Shown here: positions 1 to 7,836 of the stretch, piece by piece
How the letters are laid out: every line of letters starts with the position of its first letter
How positions within the stretch are numbered: position 1 is the stretch's first letter
Source: a virus
DNA: 27,422 nucleotides
Direction: 5' to 3' (one strand)
IMG/VR virus record: IMGVR_UViG_3300035208_007474
The notes under the pieces: model-generated
The model's input: the letters and a program-made list of their open reading frames with translations, nothing else
What the model was told of the DNA's origin: nothing
The model's database searches: none
Made by a program: the position numbers and the translations under genes

Positions 1-2
1 TT

Positions 3-227
3 ACAATTAAAGATTTGGACAAAGCAAATGCCGATATGCAGGGCGACACCAAAGCTTTGACAATGGCAAAAATTCAGAAACATCATATTGGTGATTTAAC
101 TGTGATTGCCGAAGAAGGTGGAAAACACGCCGATAAAGCTGCTCTGATGTTGTTCTGGTGGCATAATGGAGTTCTTGTGGGCAACCGTGACCTACGGACA
201 ATTTTTGATGAGTTTGATGCACAATAA
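3..227 (+). CDS. 3' end of a gene that runs off the window's left edge (frame open back to position 3, first in-frame start TTG 15); hypothetical protein
   Basis: ORF track 15..227; the frame stays open upstream to the window edge; it is followed directly by an intrinsic terminator. Confidence 0.4.
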   Translation, partial: TIKDLDKANADMQGDTKALTMAKIQKHHIGDLTVIAEEGGKHADKAALMLFWWHNGVLVGNRDLRTIFDEFDAQ

Positions 228-254
228 CAGCGAAGTTGAGTGAGGTCATCGCAT

Positions 255-287
255 AAACGCCAAGGGCAAAACCCTTGGCGTTTTATA
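255..287. terminator. Bidirectional rho-independent terminator (AAACGCCAAGGG-caaaa-CCCTTGGCGTTTT)
   Basis: Perfect 12-bp GC-rich stem with an A-run before and a T-run after; sits between convergent ORFs ending at 227 (+) and 288 (-). Confidence 0.6.
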
Positions 288-581
288 TTAACTTGGTTTT
301 ATATGAATTTTATTTATGTGTTGTAAGAATTCATCGTGGCACATTGAGCCTCGAATGACAGTTGCTTCTAGTAAATCCACGAATTTACTTGGTAGTTTAT
401 AGCGTTCTTTGACGTATGCTTTGGCGTCACGGAGATGGTTGTGGCGGCAAGCCCAAGAAGCAGAAAGTAGTCTATTTTTTAATGATTCATCAATGACACG
501 CATGCAATTTTGGCACGAAGTAATTCCGTTTTCGATTGGTTTGTTTAAGAATTCGCCACAAAAAGGACAAATATCTATCAT
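288..581 (-). CDS. Small zinc-ribbon protein (CPFCG...CQNC)
   Basis: 97 aa; N-terminal MIDICPFCGEF...CQNC four-Cys motif; the start matches the partial ORF at 27377 (M-I-x-x-x-CPFCG). Confidence 0.5.
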   Translation of the reverse strand: MIDICPFCGEFLNKPIENGITSCQNCMRVIDESLKNRLLSASWACRHNHLRDAKAYVKERYKLPSKFVDLLEATVIRGSMCHDEFLQHINKIHIKPS

Positions 582-589
582 TTTTTCCT

Positions 590-1281
590 TTATACTACAT
601 CAATAAAATCATAGTTATTGGCTATGGCCCAATTAGCTATTTGATGAATGTCGTCTAAAATACGTTGTAATGTTTCTTGATTATATCCGTATGCAATGTA
701 AGTGGCTTTTCCTTTTTCTTTAGTAATTGTTGATGGATGGACACCTTTAGAAAAGTCAGTCGAAGCTAGTGTGTTTAATTTTATTAATAAATCATGGATA
801 GGTATTTTGTAAAATCCGTTGTCGCTTTCATGTTGAGAGAGTCCTAGTACGTCACCAAAAATCATTCTTGCGTTGGAGTTTGATAAATTAATATGCGGGG
901 GCATATCAGTTGCCGTACCCATTTCAATATCAATTCTATAGACGGTTCCGCCAAAGGCTTTTGAAATATCTTTTGAGAATTGTCCGTGTTTAGCACCAAA
1001 TTCATCAAGATAGAATTGAATTCCTTTAAGAATATTCGGAATAGCAGAATCAGGTATGCCCTCAGAATAGAAATTAATTGTTCCATTTCGTGAGTTAAAG
1101 TTAGTTGTTCCGTCGATGGTATAACTTCGGGTCGTTTGGCTTGTTTGAATTGGGGAACTCTTCGCAGTTGTCGTTCAATATGAAAAGCTAAGTCCAGTAT
1201 GTTTCGTGGAGGTTCTTCGTAACCTCTGATGGAAACCGTCATTGATTCGTTTAAAGCCATCCATTCACTGAAACTTCGCAT
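590..1281 (-). CDS. Hypothetical protein encoded in two overlapping frames (862..1281 and 590..922, extendable without ATG to ~1174): a frameshifted gene, sequencing indel or pseudogene
   Basis: I translated the downstream frame upstream of its ATG by hand. It stays open from 1174 and reads as a real protein (...YTIDGTTNFNSRNGTINFYSEGIPDSAIPNILKGIQFYLDEFGAKHGQFSKD...), whereas the C-terminal half of the 862..1281 frame is low-complexity L/I/F. The gene diverges from the PNK-like gene. Confidence 0.4.
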
Positions 1282-1298
1282 GTATTATATATGATTAT

Positions 1299-1325
1299 TG
1301 ATTATTGAAAAAATAATTGTATAAT
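1299..1325 (+). promoter_or_regulatory. sigma70-like promoter TTGATT-N15-(TG)TATAAT for the kinase gene
   Basis: TTGATT 1299-1304 and TATAAT 1320-1325 with TG immediately upstream; RBS GAAAGGAAAA before ATG 1345. Confidence 0.4.
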
Positions 1326-1344
1326 GTGTATTTGAAAGGAAAAT

Positions 1345-1815
1345 ATGATTGTCTTATTAGTTGGTTGTATAAGTTCGGGGAAAAGCACTTGGTCTAGGAA
1401 ACGTGCATCTGAAGGTTGGATAACTATTAACGATGATAATATAATAACCTTGTTGCATGGTGGTGATTATACTTTATATAATAAGGCATTAAAACCTTTT
1501 TATAAATCTATTGAATCACACATTCTTCATATGGCAGTAGCAATGGGTCTAAATGTAATAGTTGATAAAGGAGTCAATATTAGCAGGAGAGCCAGAAGTC
1601 GATGGATAGCTCTTGCCAAAAGTTTGGATACACCAATCGAAGCTAGAGTTTTCCCTAAATTTTCCCCCGAAATACATGCCAAAAAAAGATTTGAGTCTGA
1701 CGCTCGTGGTAAGTCATATAAAGATTGGCTAGAAGCTGCTCAAAAGCACGAAAAAGAATATGAAATACCTACTGTGAAAGAAGGATTTACAAGAATAGTC
1801 TCGTCGGACGATTAG
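1345..1815 (+). CDS. Polynucleotide 5'-kinase, kinase domain only (T4 Pnk-like P-loop kinase; no phosphatase domain)
   Basis: LLVGCISSGKSTWSRK matches T4 Pnk LTIGCPGSGKSTWARE; the downstream RRARSRW..ARVF / KKRFESDARGKS blocks are collinear with the T4 Pnk kinase domain. Confidence 0.7.
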   Translation: MIVLLVGCISSGKSTWSRKRASEGWITINDDNIITLLHGGDYTLYNKALKPFYKSIESHILHMAVAMGLNVIVDKGVNISRRARSRWIALAKSLDTPIEARVFPKFSPEIHAKKRFESDARGKSYKDWLEAAQKHEKEYEIPTVKEGFTRIVSSDD

Positions 1816-2735
1816 TATTTATTTTCTTTTAAAAAATGTTGATATGTTTTAGATATACCCTCTTCTAATTCTATCTTATGTTGCCATCCTAGATTATGTA
1901 ATTTTGATAAATCTAATAGTTTTTGAGGCGTTCCGTTTGGTCTAGAGGTATCATATTCTAAGCCGCCAGTGTATCCAACAGTTTTTTTGATTATTTCTGC
2001 AAGCTCTCTTATTGTAACGTCTTTGCCCGTTCCGACATTGATAATATCAGAACTGTTATAAGTATTCATTAAAAATATGGCTGCATCAGCCAAATCATCA
2101 ACATACATAAATTCTCTTTTGGGTTCTCCGTTGCCCCATAAAAGAACAGATGGTTGATTATGAATTTTGGCTTCATGTATTTTTCTGATTAATGCCGGGA
2201 GAACATGAGATTTTTCTAAATCGTAATGGTCATTTTGTCCATAAAGATTTGTAGGCATAAGGCAGATGCCATTAAATCCATATTGCTTTCTATATGCTTG
2301 TATCATTTGAATACCGGCAATTTTAGCGACAGCATAAGACTTATTTGTTTCTTCTAGAGGTCCGGTTAAGAAATATTCCTCTTTAATCGGTTGGGGGCAG
2401 AGACGTGGGTAAATGCAGCTTGACCCCAATAAGAGAATTTTTTTTACATTAGTTTGATAAGCTACGTTTATTACATTTGTTTGTATCATTAAATTATCGT
2501 AAATAAACTCGGCAGGGTAAGTATCGTTAGCCGCAATGCCGCCAACTTTCGCCGCAGCCAAAAATACATAATCGGGTTTTTGATGATTGAAAAACATTTT
2601 AACGGCAGATTCTCTTTTTAAATCAAAACTTGATGTAATGACATCGGTATAACCAGATTTTTTTAGTTGACGGCATATTGAACTTCCAACTAAACCTTGG
2701 CCACCTAAGACCAATATTTTTTCATTTTTGTCCAT
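1812..2735 (-). CDS. fcl: GDP-L-fucose synthase (GDP-4-keto-6-deoxy-D-mannose 3,5-epimerase/4-reductase)
   Basis: 307 aa; N-terminal Rossmann ILVLGGQGLVGSSI, SYAVAKIAG (YxxxK), and Fcl/WcaG/GMER-like conservation along the full length. Confidence 0.9.
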   Translation of the reverse strand: MDKNEKILVLGGQGLVGSSICRQLKKSGYTDVITSSFDLKRESAVKMFFNHQKPDYVFLAAAKVGGIAANDTYPAEFIYDNLMIQTNVINVAYQTNVKKILLLGSSCIYPRLCPQPIKEEYFLTGPLEETNKSYAVAKIAGIQMIQAYRKQYGFNGICLMPTNLYGQNDHYDLEKSHVLPALIRKIHEAKIHNQPSVLLWGNGEPKREFMYVDDLADAAIFLMNTYNSSDIINVGTGKDVTIRELAEIIKKTVGYTGGLEYDTSRPNGTPQKLLDLSKLHNLGWQHKIELEEGISKTYQHFLKENKY

Positions 2736-3729
2736 TTTGTTTGTTGTCCTTTAAAAATTTTTCATCTTTAGCTAACTCAAGGTCATATAGTGTCATATCT
2801 GTTATCAGTTGTTCGAATGTTACCTCTGGTTTCCACCCTAAAATAGTTCTGGCTTTTGTGGAATCTCCTAAAAGAACATCAATTTCGGTAGGTCGATAAT
2901 ATTTGGGGTCTATTATTACGTGGTTTTCCCATTTGAGATTTACGAGTTCAAATGCAATTTTGACAACCTCTTTGATAGAATGTGTTTCTCCTGTGGCAAT
3001 TACGAAATCATCCGGTTGGTTTTGCTGAAGCATAAGCCACATTGCTTTCACATAATCTGTTGCTGCTCCAAAATCTCTTTGAGACTCTAAGTTCCCCAAA
3101 TATACTTTATCTTGTAGTCCACACGCAATTCTAGTTGCCGCTCTTGTTATTTTTCTTATAACAAAAGTTTCTCCACGTCTTCGCCCGCTATGGTTAAAAA
3201 GAATGCCATTTGAAATAAACATATCGTATGCTTCTCTGTAGTTTCTGGCGTACCAGAATGCGGCTAACTTTGAAACACCATAAGGGCTTCTGGGACAAAA
3301 AATCGTGTTTTCATTTTGCGGTGGAGGGGAGTTCCCGAACATTTCGCTAGAAGAAGCTTGATAGACTTTAATTTTTTTGCCCAATATGTTTTGTGCATTT
3401 TTTACGGCTTCGAAAACATTAAATGCCCCTACTCCGGTAACCAATGACGTATAAATTGGAATGTCGAAAGACAATTTGACATGGGATTGTGCGGCTAAGT
3501 TGTAGACTTCATCAGGATTTATTTCAACAATGAGATTTTCTAATGAAGAATAGTCTGAAACATCGCCGTGGTGTAAATTGAGTCTATCGAAGATGTGGTC
3601 TATGCGTCCGGTGTTGAAGGTACTACTTCGTCTAATAATGCCATGAACGGAGTAATCGTTTTCCAACAGCAAATCGGCAAGATGACTTCCGTCCATTCCA
3701 GTTATGCCAGTAATCAATGCTTTTTTCAT
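2722..3729 (-). CDS. gmd: GDP-mannose 4,6-dehydratase
   Basis: 335 aa; ALITGITGMDGSHLADLLL, YGVSKLAAFWYARNYREAY, and Gmd-family conservation throughout; overlaps fcl by 14 nt as an operon. Confidence 0.9.
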   Translation of the reverse strand: MKKALITGITGMDGSHLADLLLENDYSVHGIIRRSSTFNTGRIDHIFDRLNLHHGDVSDYSSLENLIVEINPDEVYNLAAQSHVKLSFDIPIYTSLVTGVGAFNVFEAVKNAQNILGKKIKVYQASSSEMFGNSPPPQNENTIFCPRSPYGVSKLAAFWYARNYREAYDMFISNGILFNHSGRRRGETFVIRKITRAATRIACGLQDKVYLGNLESQRDFGAATDYVKAMWLMLQQNQPDDFVIATGETHSIKEVVKIAFELVNLKWENHVIIDPKYYRPTEIDVLLGDSTKARTILGWKPEVTFEQLITDMTLYDLELAKDEKFLKDNKQNGQK

Positions 3730-3784
3730 ATCTTAATCTAGTTTGTTTTCTTACAAAAACAAATAATCAAAGAGTAAATCTTAA

Positions 3785-3811
3785 TTGAAAACGGTTGGCA
3801 TATGATATAAT
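3785..3811 (+). promoter_or_regulatory. sigma70-like promoter TTGAAA-N15-TGaTATAAT (extended -10) in the divergent gmd / kinase intergenic region
   Basis: The hexamers and TG motif are seen directly at 3785-3790 and 3803-3811. Confidence 0.45.
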
Positions 3812-3817
3812 TGAGGT

Positions 3818-4462
3818 ATGACATCAGTGGCTCAAAATAAGATGGTTATAGGGTTGGTAGGCGGAATAGCCAGTGGTAAAACTATGATAGCGGAGTATCT
3901 TTCTCGTAAAGGTGCCACTATTTTTAATGCCAGCGTAGAAACCAGAAAAGCCTTAAGCAGTAAGGAAATGGTGGAAATGATTTTCGCTCAGTGGCCAGTT
4001 ATAAAAGCCACGGCGGTTATACAGGGTGTTACGGACATAACGATTTTGAAGAAGGAGCTTGCTAAAATTGTCGAATCTGACGACAACGAGCTTGCCTTTT
4101 TAGAAGGTCTTTTGTTCCCGATTGTTCGTAATCGCATGGAGAAGTTCGTTCATGTTATAAAACAAGGTGTGATTGTTATTGACGCCCCCTTGTTGTTCGA
4201 AATCGCTTGTGAAAAATATTGTAATGAGATTTGGTTCATTAACATGCCGTTGAAAGAGCGTTTTGCTCACTATATCAGACGTTTTGTCGGTGATGATATC
4301 GAAATCATACGCAAGGATTTTAAACTGCGTGAAGCTCGTCGTATGTCACTTCTTGAAAAAATGCGACGGTCAACTTTTCAAATCCCCAATAGAACAGGTC
4401 AGCTTTATACGACGTGGAGGACTGTCGATAAATTTTGGAATAGAATAATTACCAAATTGTGA
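3818..4462 (+). CDS. Dephospho-CoA kinase (CoaE) family P-loop kinase
   Basis: VIGLVGGIASGKTM matches CoaE IGLTGGIGSGKST; LLFPIVR / VVIDAPLLFE / RRFV-IRKD blocks are collinear with CoaE. Substrate assignment is uncertain. Confidence 0.55.
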   Translation: MTSVAQNKMVIGLVGGIASGKTMIAEYLSRKGATIFNASVETRKALSSKEMVEMIFAQWPVIKATAVIQGVTDITILKKELAKIVESDDNELAFLEGLLFPIVRNRMEKFVHVIKQGVIVIDAPLLFEIACEKYCNEIWFINMPLKERFAHYIRRFVGDDIEIIRKDFKLREARRMSLLEKMRRSTFQIPNRTGQLYTTWRTVDKFWNRIITKL

Positions 4463-4465
4463 TAT

Positions 4466-4651
4466 TTATTCGATATTATCTTTATCTGACTTGTCTAGTT
4501 CCGAACGTAAAATCAGTACATTTTCGTTAGCTTCGATGCCTAAACGTACTCTATTGTGGCTATCAATTCTGACTACCGTAATACTGATATCGGGATTCCC
4601 CGGTGTTCTTAAGATAATTTTTTCGTCTTTCTTCCTAGATAGAACTAACAT
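4466..4651 (-). CDS. csrA: Carbon storage regulator CsrA/RsmA homolog (RNA-binding translational regulator)
   Basis: 61 aa; MLVLSRK is identical to the Bacillus CsrA N-terminus and the VRLGIEA..NVLILRSEL core matches CsrA beta-strands; RBS AAGGAG 8 nt upstream; it is the only minus-strand gene in a long plus-strand block. Confidence 0.85.
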   Translation of the reverse strand: MLVLSRKKDEKIILRTPGNPDISITVVRIDSHNRVRLGIEANENVLILRSELDKSDKDNIE

Positions 4652-4732
4652 TTTTAAACTCCTTTATTCATTGATTATAATAGAGTTAGAAGTTAACTAG
4701 TTTTTTGATATAGAGAAAATTTATTTTTCTGG

Positions 4733-4762
4733 TTTTACAACAGACATTGGTTACGTATACTT
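4733..4762 (+). promoter_or_regulatory. sigma70-like promoter TTTACAAC-N-TATACT upstream of the AT-hook gene
   Basis: Member of the recurring TTTACA(AC) -35 family in this window. Confidence 0.4.
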
Positions 4763-4859
4763 TAAGGTGGAAAAGAACCCGGCTATTGTTAGTGGCCCGA
4801 TAGCTAGTAAAAAATAGGTTGAAAATAGGTCGCAGTCAAAAAGTAGAAGGAGTCTGAAC

Positions 4860-5528
4860 ATGAGTAAAGTAACTAATCATCCCCAAGTACTTGTGGCTTT
4901 TGAGGAACAGGCGCAGAAAGCTGTTCAAGAGGCACAGCTTGCTGAAGCCAAAGCAATTCTTTTCCGTTATCGTGCCAGTCTGTGCGAACAAGCTCAGGCA
5001 GTTAGGTCCGACACGGAAAAGATTATGTCCGAAATGACAGCCAAGCGTGAGGACATCGAGAAGCAGATTGTCGATATCGACAACAAAATTGTTGAAGTTG
5101 ACAAAGGTCAGATTCCTGCTAATATGCCAGAATTGACCGTTGCCGCCATGCCAAAACGTGGTCGTCCAGTCGGCGTAAAGGCCAAAAAGGCTGGTCGTCC
5201 TGCAAAGGCCAAAAAGGCTGGTCGTCCTGCAAAGGCCAAAAAGGCTGGTCGTCCTGCGAAAGTAAAGGCGACAAAGCGTGGCCGTCCGCTCCATACTTCC
5301 AGAGCGCATAATGAGCTTCCGTTGCGTCAGGTCGTTACCAACGTCCTGAAGGGAGCCAAGAATGGCCTGAACTTGACCGAATTGGTCGAAGCTATCGTCA
5401 AAACCGGCTATAAGTCGAAGACGAAAGACGATTTCGCAAAAATCGTCTATCAGGCGGTTTACAAGCTCTGCAAAGAAAAAACGGCGACCAAAGAGGCTGC
5501 AACCAAGAAGTATCGTCTCGTCGCTTAA
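4860..5528 (+). CDS. AT-hook / histone H1-H5-like DNA-binding protein (N-terminal coiled coil, 5 GRP AT-hooks, C-terminal linker-histone-like winged helix)
   Basis: KRGRPVGVKAKKAGRPAKAKKAGRPAKAKKAGRPAKVKATKRGRP; the C-terminal LTELVEAIVKTGYKSK...KKYRLV resembles the H1 globular domain. Confidence 0.75.
   Translation: MSKVTNHPQVLVAFEEQAQKAVQEAQLAEAKAILFRYRASLCEQAQAVRSDTEKIMSEMTAKREDIEKQIVDIDNKIVEVDKGQIPANMPELTVAAMPKRGRPVGVKAKKAGRPAKAKKAGRPAKAKKAGRPAKVKATKRGRPLHTSRAHNELPLRQVVTNVLKGAKNGLNLTELVEAIVKTGYKSKTKDDFAKIVYQAVYKLCKEKTATKEAATKKYRLVA
5181..5261 (+). repeat. 3 x 27-nt near-perfect tandem repeat (gccaaaaaggctggtcgtcctgcaaag) encoding AKKAGRPAK x3 inside the AT-hook gene
   Basis: Direct reading of the sequence; the third copy has a single substitution. 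Confidence 0.9.
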
Positions 5529-5553
5529 AACGGAAAACAGGTTTTTCTGTAAT

Positions 5554-5593
5554 GCTCCACTCGTAAAAAAATGCGAGTGGAGCGTTTTTTTTC
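5554..5593 (+). terminator. Rho-independent terminator (GCTCCACTCG-loop-CGAGTGGAGC + T9)
   Basis: 10-bp perfect stem followed by a T-run, 26 nt after the stop at 5528. Confidence 0.7.
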
Positions 5594-5671
5594 TTCCGTT
5601 TTTGAAACACTATACTATACTAATCTAGACCCCGATGCAGTTGGTTCCCCCCGGCCAACTGCTCAAAGAAG

Positions 5672-5707
5672 CCCCGACAGTCTCCCCCCGCTGTTGGGGT
5701 TTTTTTA
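5672..5707 (+). terminator. Second rho-independent terminator (CCCCGACAG-tctccccccg-CTGTTGGGG + T7); may be the 3' end of a small RNA
   Basis: 9-bp stem (one G-U pair) plus a T-run; preceded by a second hairpin (5637-5662) with a similar C-rich loop. Confidence 0.55.
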
Positions 5708-5790
5708 TTGGGAAATTCCAAACACAAAATTGTATGAAAAACGACAAATACTTGATGTTTAAAAGGTTATAAAGAAGTACGCTTTTGTCG

Positions 5791-5819
5791 TTTACAATTG
5801 CTTGTTGCCTAAATACAAT
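5791..5819 (+). promoter_or_regulatory. sigma70-like promoter TTTACA-N17-TACAAT for clpX
   Basis: Hexamers at 5791-5796 and 5814-5819; RBS GGAG 9 nt before ATG 5844. Confidence 0.5.
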
Positions 5820-5843
5820 GGGTAAAAGAAGGAGTGAGTGTTT

Positions 5844-7115
5844 ATGGCAAAGACAACCGAAGCAACTAAAGACAAAGACGTATGTAATTTTTGTGGTAAG
5901 TCGTGGCAGAAAGCAGGCGTAGGGCAGCTTGTGGAAAGTAAAATTGCCAAGAAAAAAGGACTTCCCAATGTGCGTATTTGTGCCAATTGCATAGCGATGG
6001 CAAATAACCTGTTGCAAGCCGAGCGACAGCAACGTGTAAAAACAGACAGCGATAGAGTTCTTAAAGCTCTTCCGTCTCCAAAGAAAATCGTGGACCATCT
6101 AGACCAGTATGTAATAGGGCAAGATGCGGCCAAGCGTAGTCTGGCTATTGCTGTTGTTAATCATTACAAACGATTAGTGGCAGAAACAAGCGAACAAGAT
6201 TCAGATGTACAATTGGAAAAATCCAATATTCTTATGATTGGTCCCACAGGTTGTGGCAAGACCCTTTTGATTCAAACATTGGCTAAAATGCTTGAGGTTC
6301 CATTAGCCATTGGTGACGCCACATCTTTGACAGAAGCCGGATATGTTGGAGATGATGTTGAAAATTTGCTTTTGCGATTGATTCAAGCCGCAGATAACAA
6401 TATTGAATTAGCACAGCGTGGAATTATTTACATTGACGAAATTGATAAAAAACGAAAAACTGGTGGTAATGTTTCTATCACAAGGGACGTGAGTGGCGAG
6501 GGTGTGCAGCAAGCTTTGCTTAAGATTATCGAAGGTACTACCGCTAATGTGCCGCCTCAAGGCGGTCGAAAGCATCCTGAGCAAGTATGTATCCCATTTG
6601 ATACTCGTCATACACTGGTAATTTGTGGTGGTACGTTTGTCGGTTTGGAAGATATAATTATCAATCGTATCGGGCGATGTGGTTTTGGTTTCGGTGTAAA
6701 ACCGACAGAATCCACTGAAACCCAAGATAATATTTTGGCTCGGGTAACTCCACAAGACCTCGTTGAATTTGGTATGATTCCCGAATTTATTGGGCGACTT
6801 CCCGTAATCACTCATGTGACATCATTGGACGAAGATGCGTTGTGTAGTATTTTAACTGAACCCAAAAATGCTTTAATTCGTCAATATCAGAAACTATTTG
6901 ATATGGATGGAGTAAAATTAGTGGTCGAAGATAATGCGCTAAAGGCAATTGTCAAAGCCGCTAAAATAAAAGGAACTGGTGCAAGGGCAATGCGTGGTAT
7001 TCTGGAAGAAGTAATTTCTCCCGCCATGTTTGATTTACGTTCGATGGCCGGTAAAACCTACACTCTCACAGAAACCATTGTTCAACAAATTCTTGAAAAT
7101 AATAAGGCAGCATAA
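5844..7115 (+). CDS. clpX: ATP-dependent Clp protease ATP-binding subunit ClpX (N-terminal C4 zinc-binding domain + AAA+)
   Basis: CNFCGK...CANC zinc finger; Walker A GPTGCGKT; Walker [10 protein letters not shown]; ClpX-family conservation along the full length; I chose the ATG at 5844 over the GTG at 5838. Confidence 0.9.
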   Translation: MAKTTEATKDKDVCNFCGKSWQKAGVGQLVESKIAKKKGLPNVRICANCIAMANNLLQAERQQRVKTDSDRVLKALPSPKKIVDHLDQYVIGQDAAKRSLAIAVVNHYKRLVAETSEQDSDVQLEKSNILMIGPTGCGKTLLIQTLAKMLEVPLAIGDATSLTEAGYVGDDVENLLLRLIQAADNNIELAQRGIIYIDEIDKKRKTGGNVSITRDVSGEGVQQALLKIIEGTTANVPPQGGRKHPEQVCIPFDTRHTLVICGGTFVGLEDIIINRIGRCGFGFGVKPTESTETQDNILARVTPQDLVEFGMIPEFIGRLPVITHVTSLDEDALCSILTEPKNALIRQYQKLFDMDGVKLVVEDNALKAIVKAAKIKGTGARAMRGILEEVISPAMFDLRSMAGKTYTLTETIVQQILENNKAA

Positions 7116-7117
7116 AA

Positions 7118-7555
7118 ATGAAAACGGAAGCGATTTTAAAAGAAATTGTCAAGGACATGAAGAGTATAGTAAACATAGCAGGAAGTTTGCTGGTAGAGTC
7201 TCTCCCTGTCACCGCCACATGTGACCTTTTGATTATTTTAGATGAAGAATGGAATAAATTTTGTGATTCCAACCCAGAGACAATGGAGGCAATTGTGGAT
7301 GAGTTGGTTAAAAGAGAAGTTTATTCAATAACACCAATCATGAAAGAAAAAGGTTGGACTGCATTACAAATGGTTGAAAATTATGGTGCCAATTGGCACA
7401 TTTATGCGAAACCATTAACTTGTCCATATTGTAAGACTGACCTTCGTGACCCAATGGGACCGCCATTTAAGCGGGAAATAGGGCAATACGACCAAGCCAA
7501 AGACCGAACGATTTGTTTTCTTTGTCCGAATTGTCAAAATATTGTAAAGAGTTAA
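7118..7555 (+). CDS. Hypothetical protein with C-terminal zinc ribbon (CPYC...CPNC)
   Basis: 145 aa; starts 3 nt after the clpX stop. Confidence 0.5.
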   Translation: MKTEAILKEIVKDMKSIVNIAGSLLVESLPVTATCDLLIILDEEWNKFCDSNPETMEAIVDELVKREVYSITPIMKEKGWTALQMVENYGANWHIYAKPLTCPYCKTDLRDPMGPPFKREIGQYDQAKDRTICFLCPNCQNIVKS

Positions 7556-7557
7556 TT

Positions 7558-7836
7558 ATGTTTGGACAATTGAACAACGAAGACAATTATTATGCGTATC
7601 TTAAAACACAAGCACCAAAGGACGCAGACTGTAAAAAAGTGCTTTGGTGTCTTGAGGCTACGTTAGACCATTTTCTTTATGAACAAGAGCAAGATGAAAA
7701 ATTTCGGCACGATTGTGCTGAAATTCTTTTAAGAGCTTATTTTATAGATAGGTCAGCGTTCGACGGGGCAGATGCTAGATTAAAACATTTAGCACAGATT
7801 TTGGCTTATTTCGAAGAACTTCTCGCTCATGCTTGA
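7558..7836 (+). CDS. Hypothetical protein (92 aa)
   Basis: I chose the internal ATG at 7558, 2 nt after the previous stop, rather than the overlapping 7513 start. Confidence 0.45.
   Translation: MFGQLNNEDNYYAYLKTQAPKDADCKKVLWCLEATLDHFLYEQEQDEKFRHDCAEILLRAYFIDRSAFDGADARLKHLAQILAYFEELLAHA

Noticed and set aside
7-249. Minus-strand ORF overlapping the partial plus-strand gene at the window start
   Set aside because: It is fully antisense to a gene whose frame runs off the window edge and is followed by a terminator; it has no RBS.
4836-5309. Minus-strand 157-aa ORF with LFGLCRTTS repeats
   Set aside because: It is the mirror image of the 27-nt repeats inside the AT-hook gene; the repeats create an artefactual antisense ORF.
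5625-6133. Two minus-strand ORFs (5625..6098, 5792..6133) across the clpX promoter and 5' end
   Set aside because: They overlap the strongly supported clpX gene and its promoter and have no RBS.
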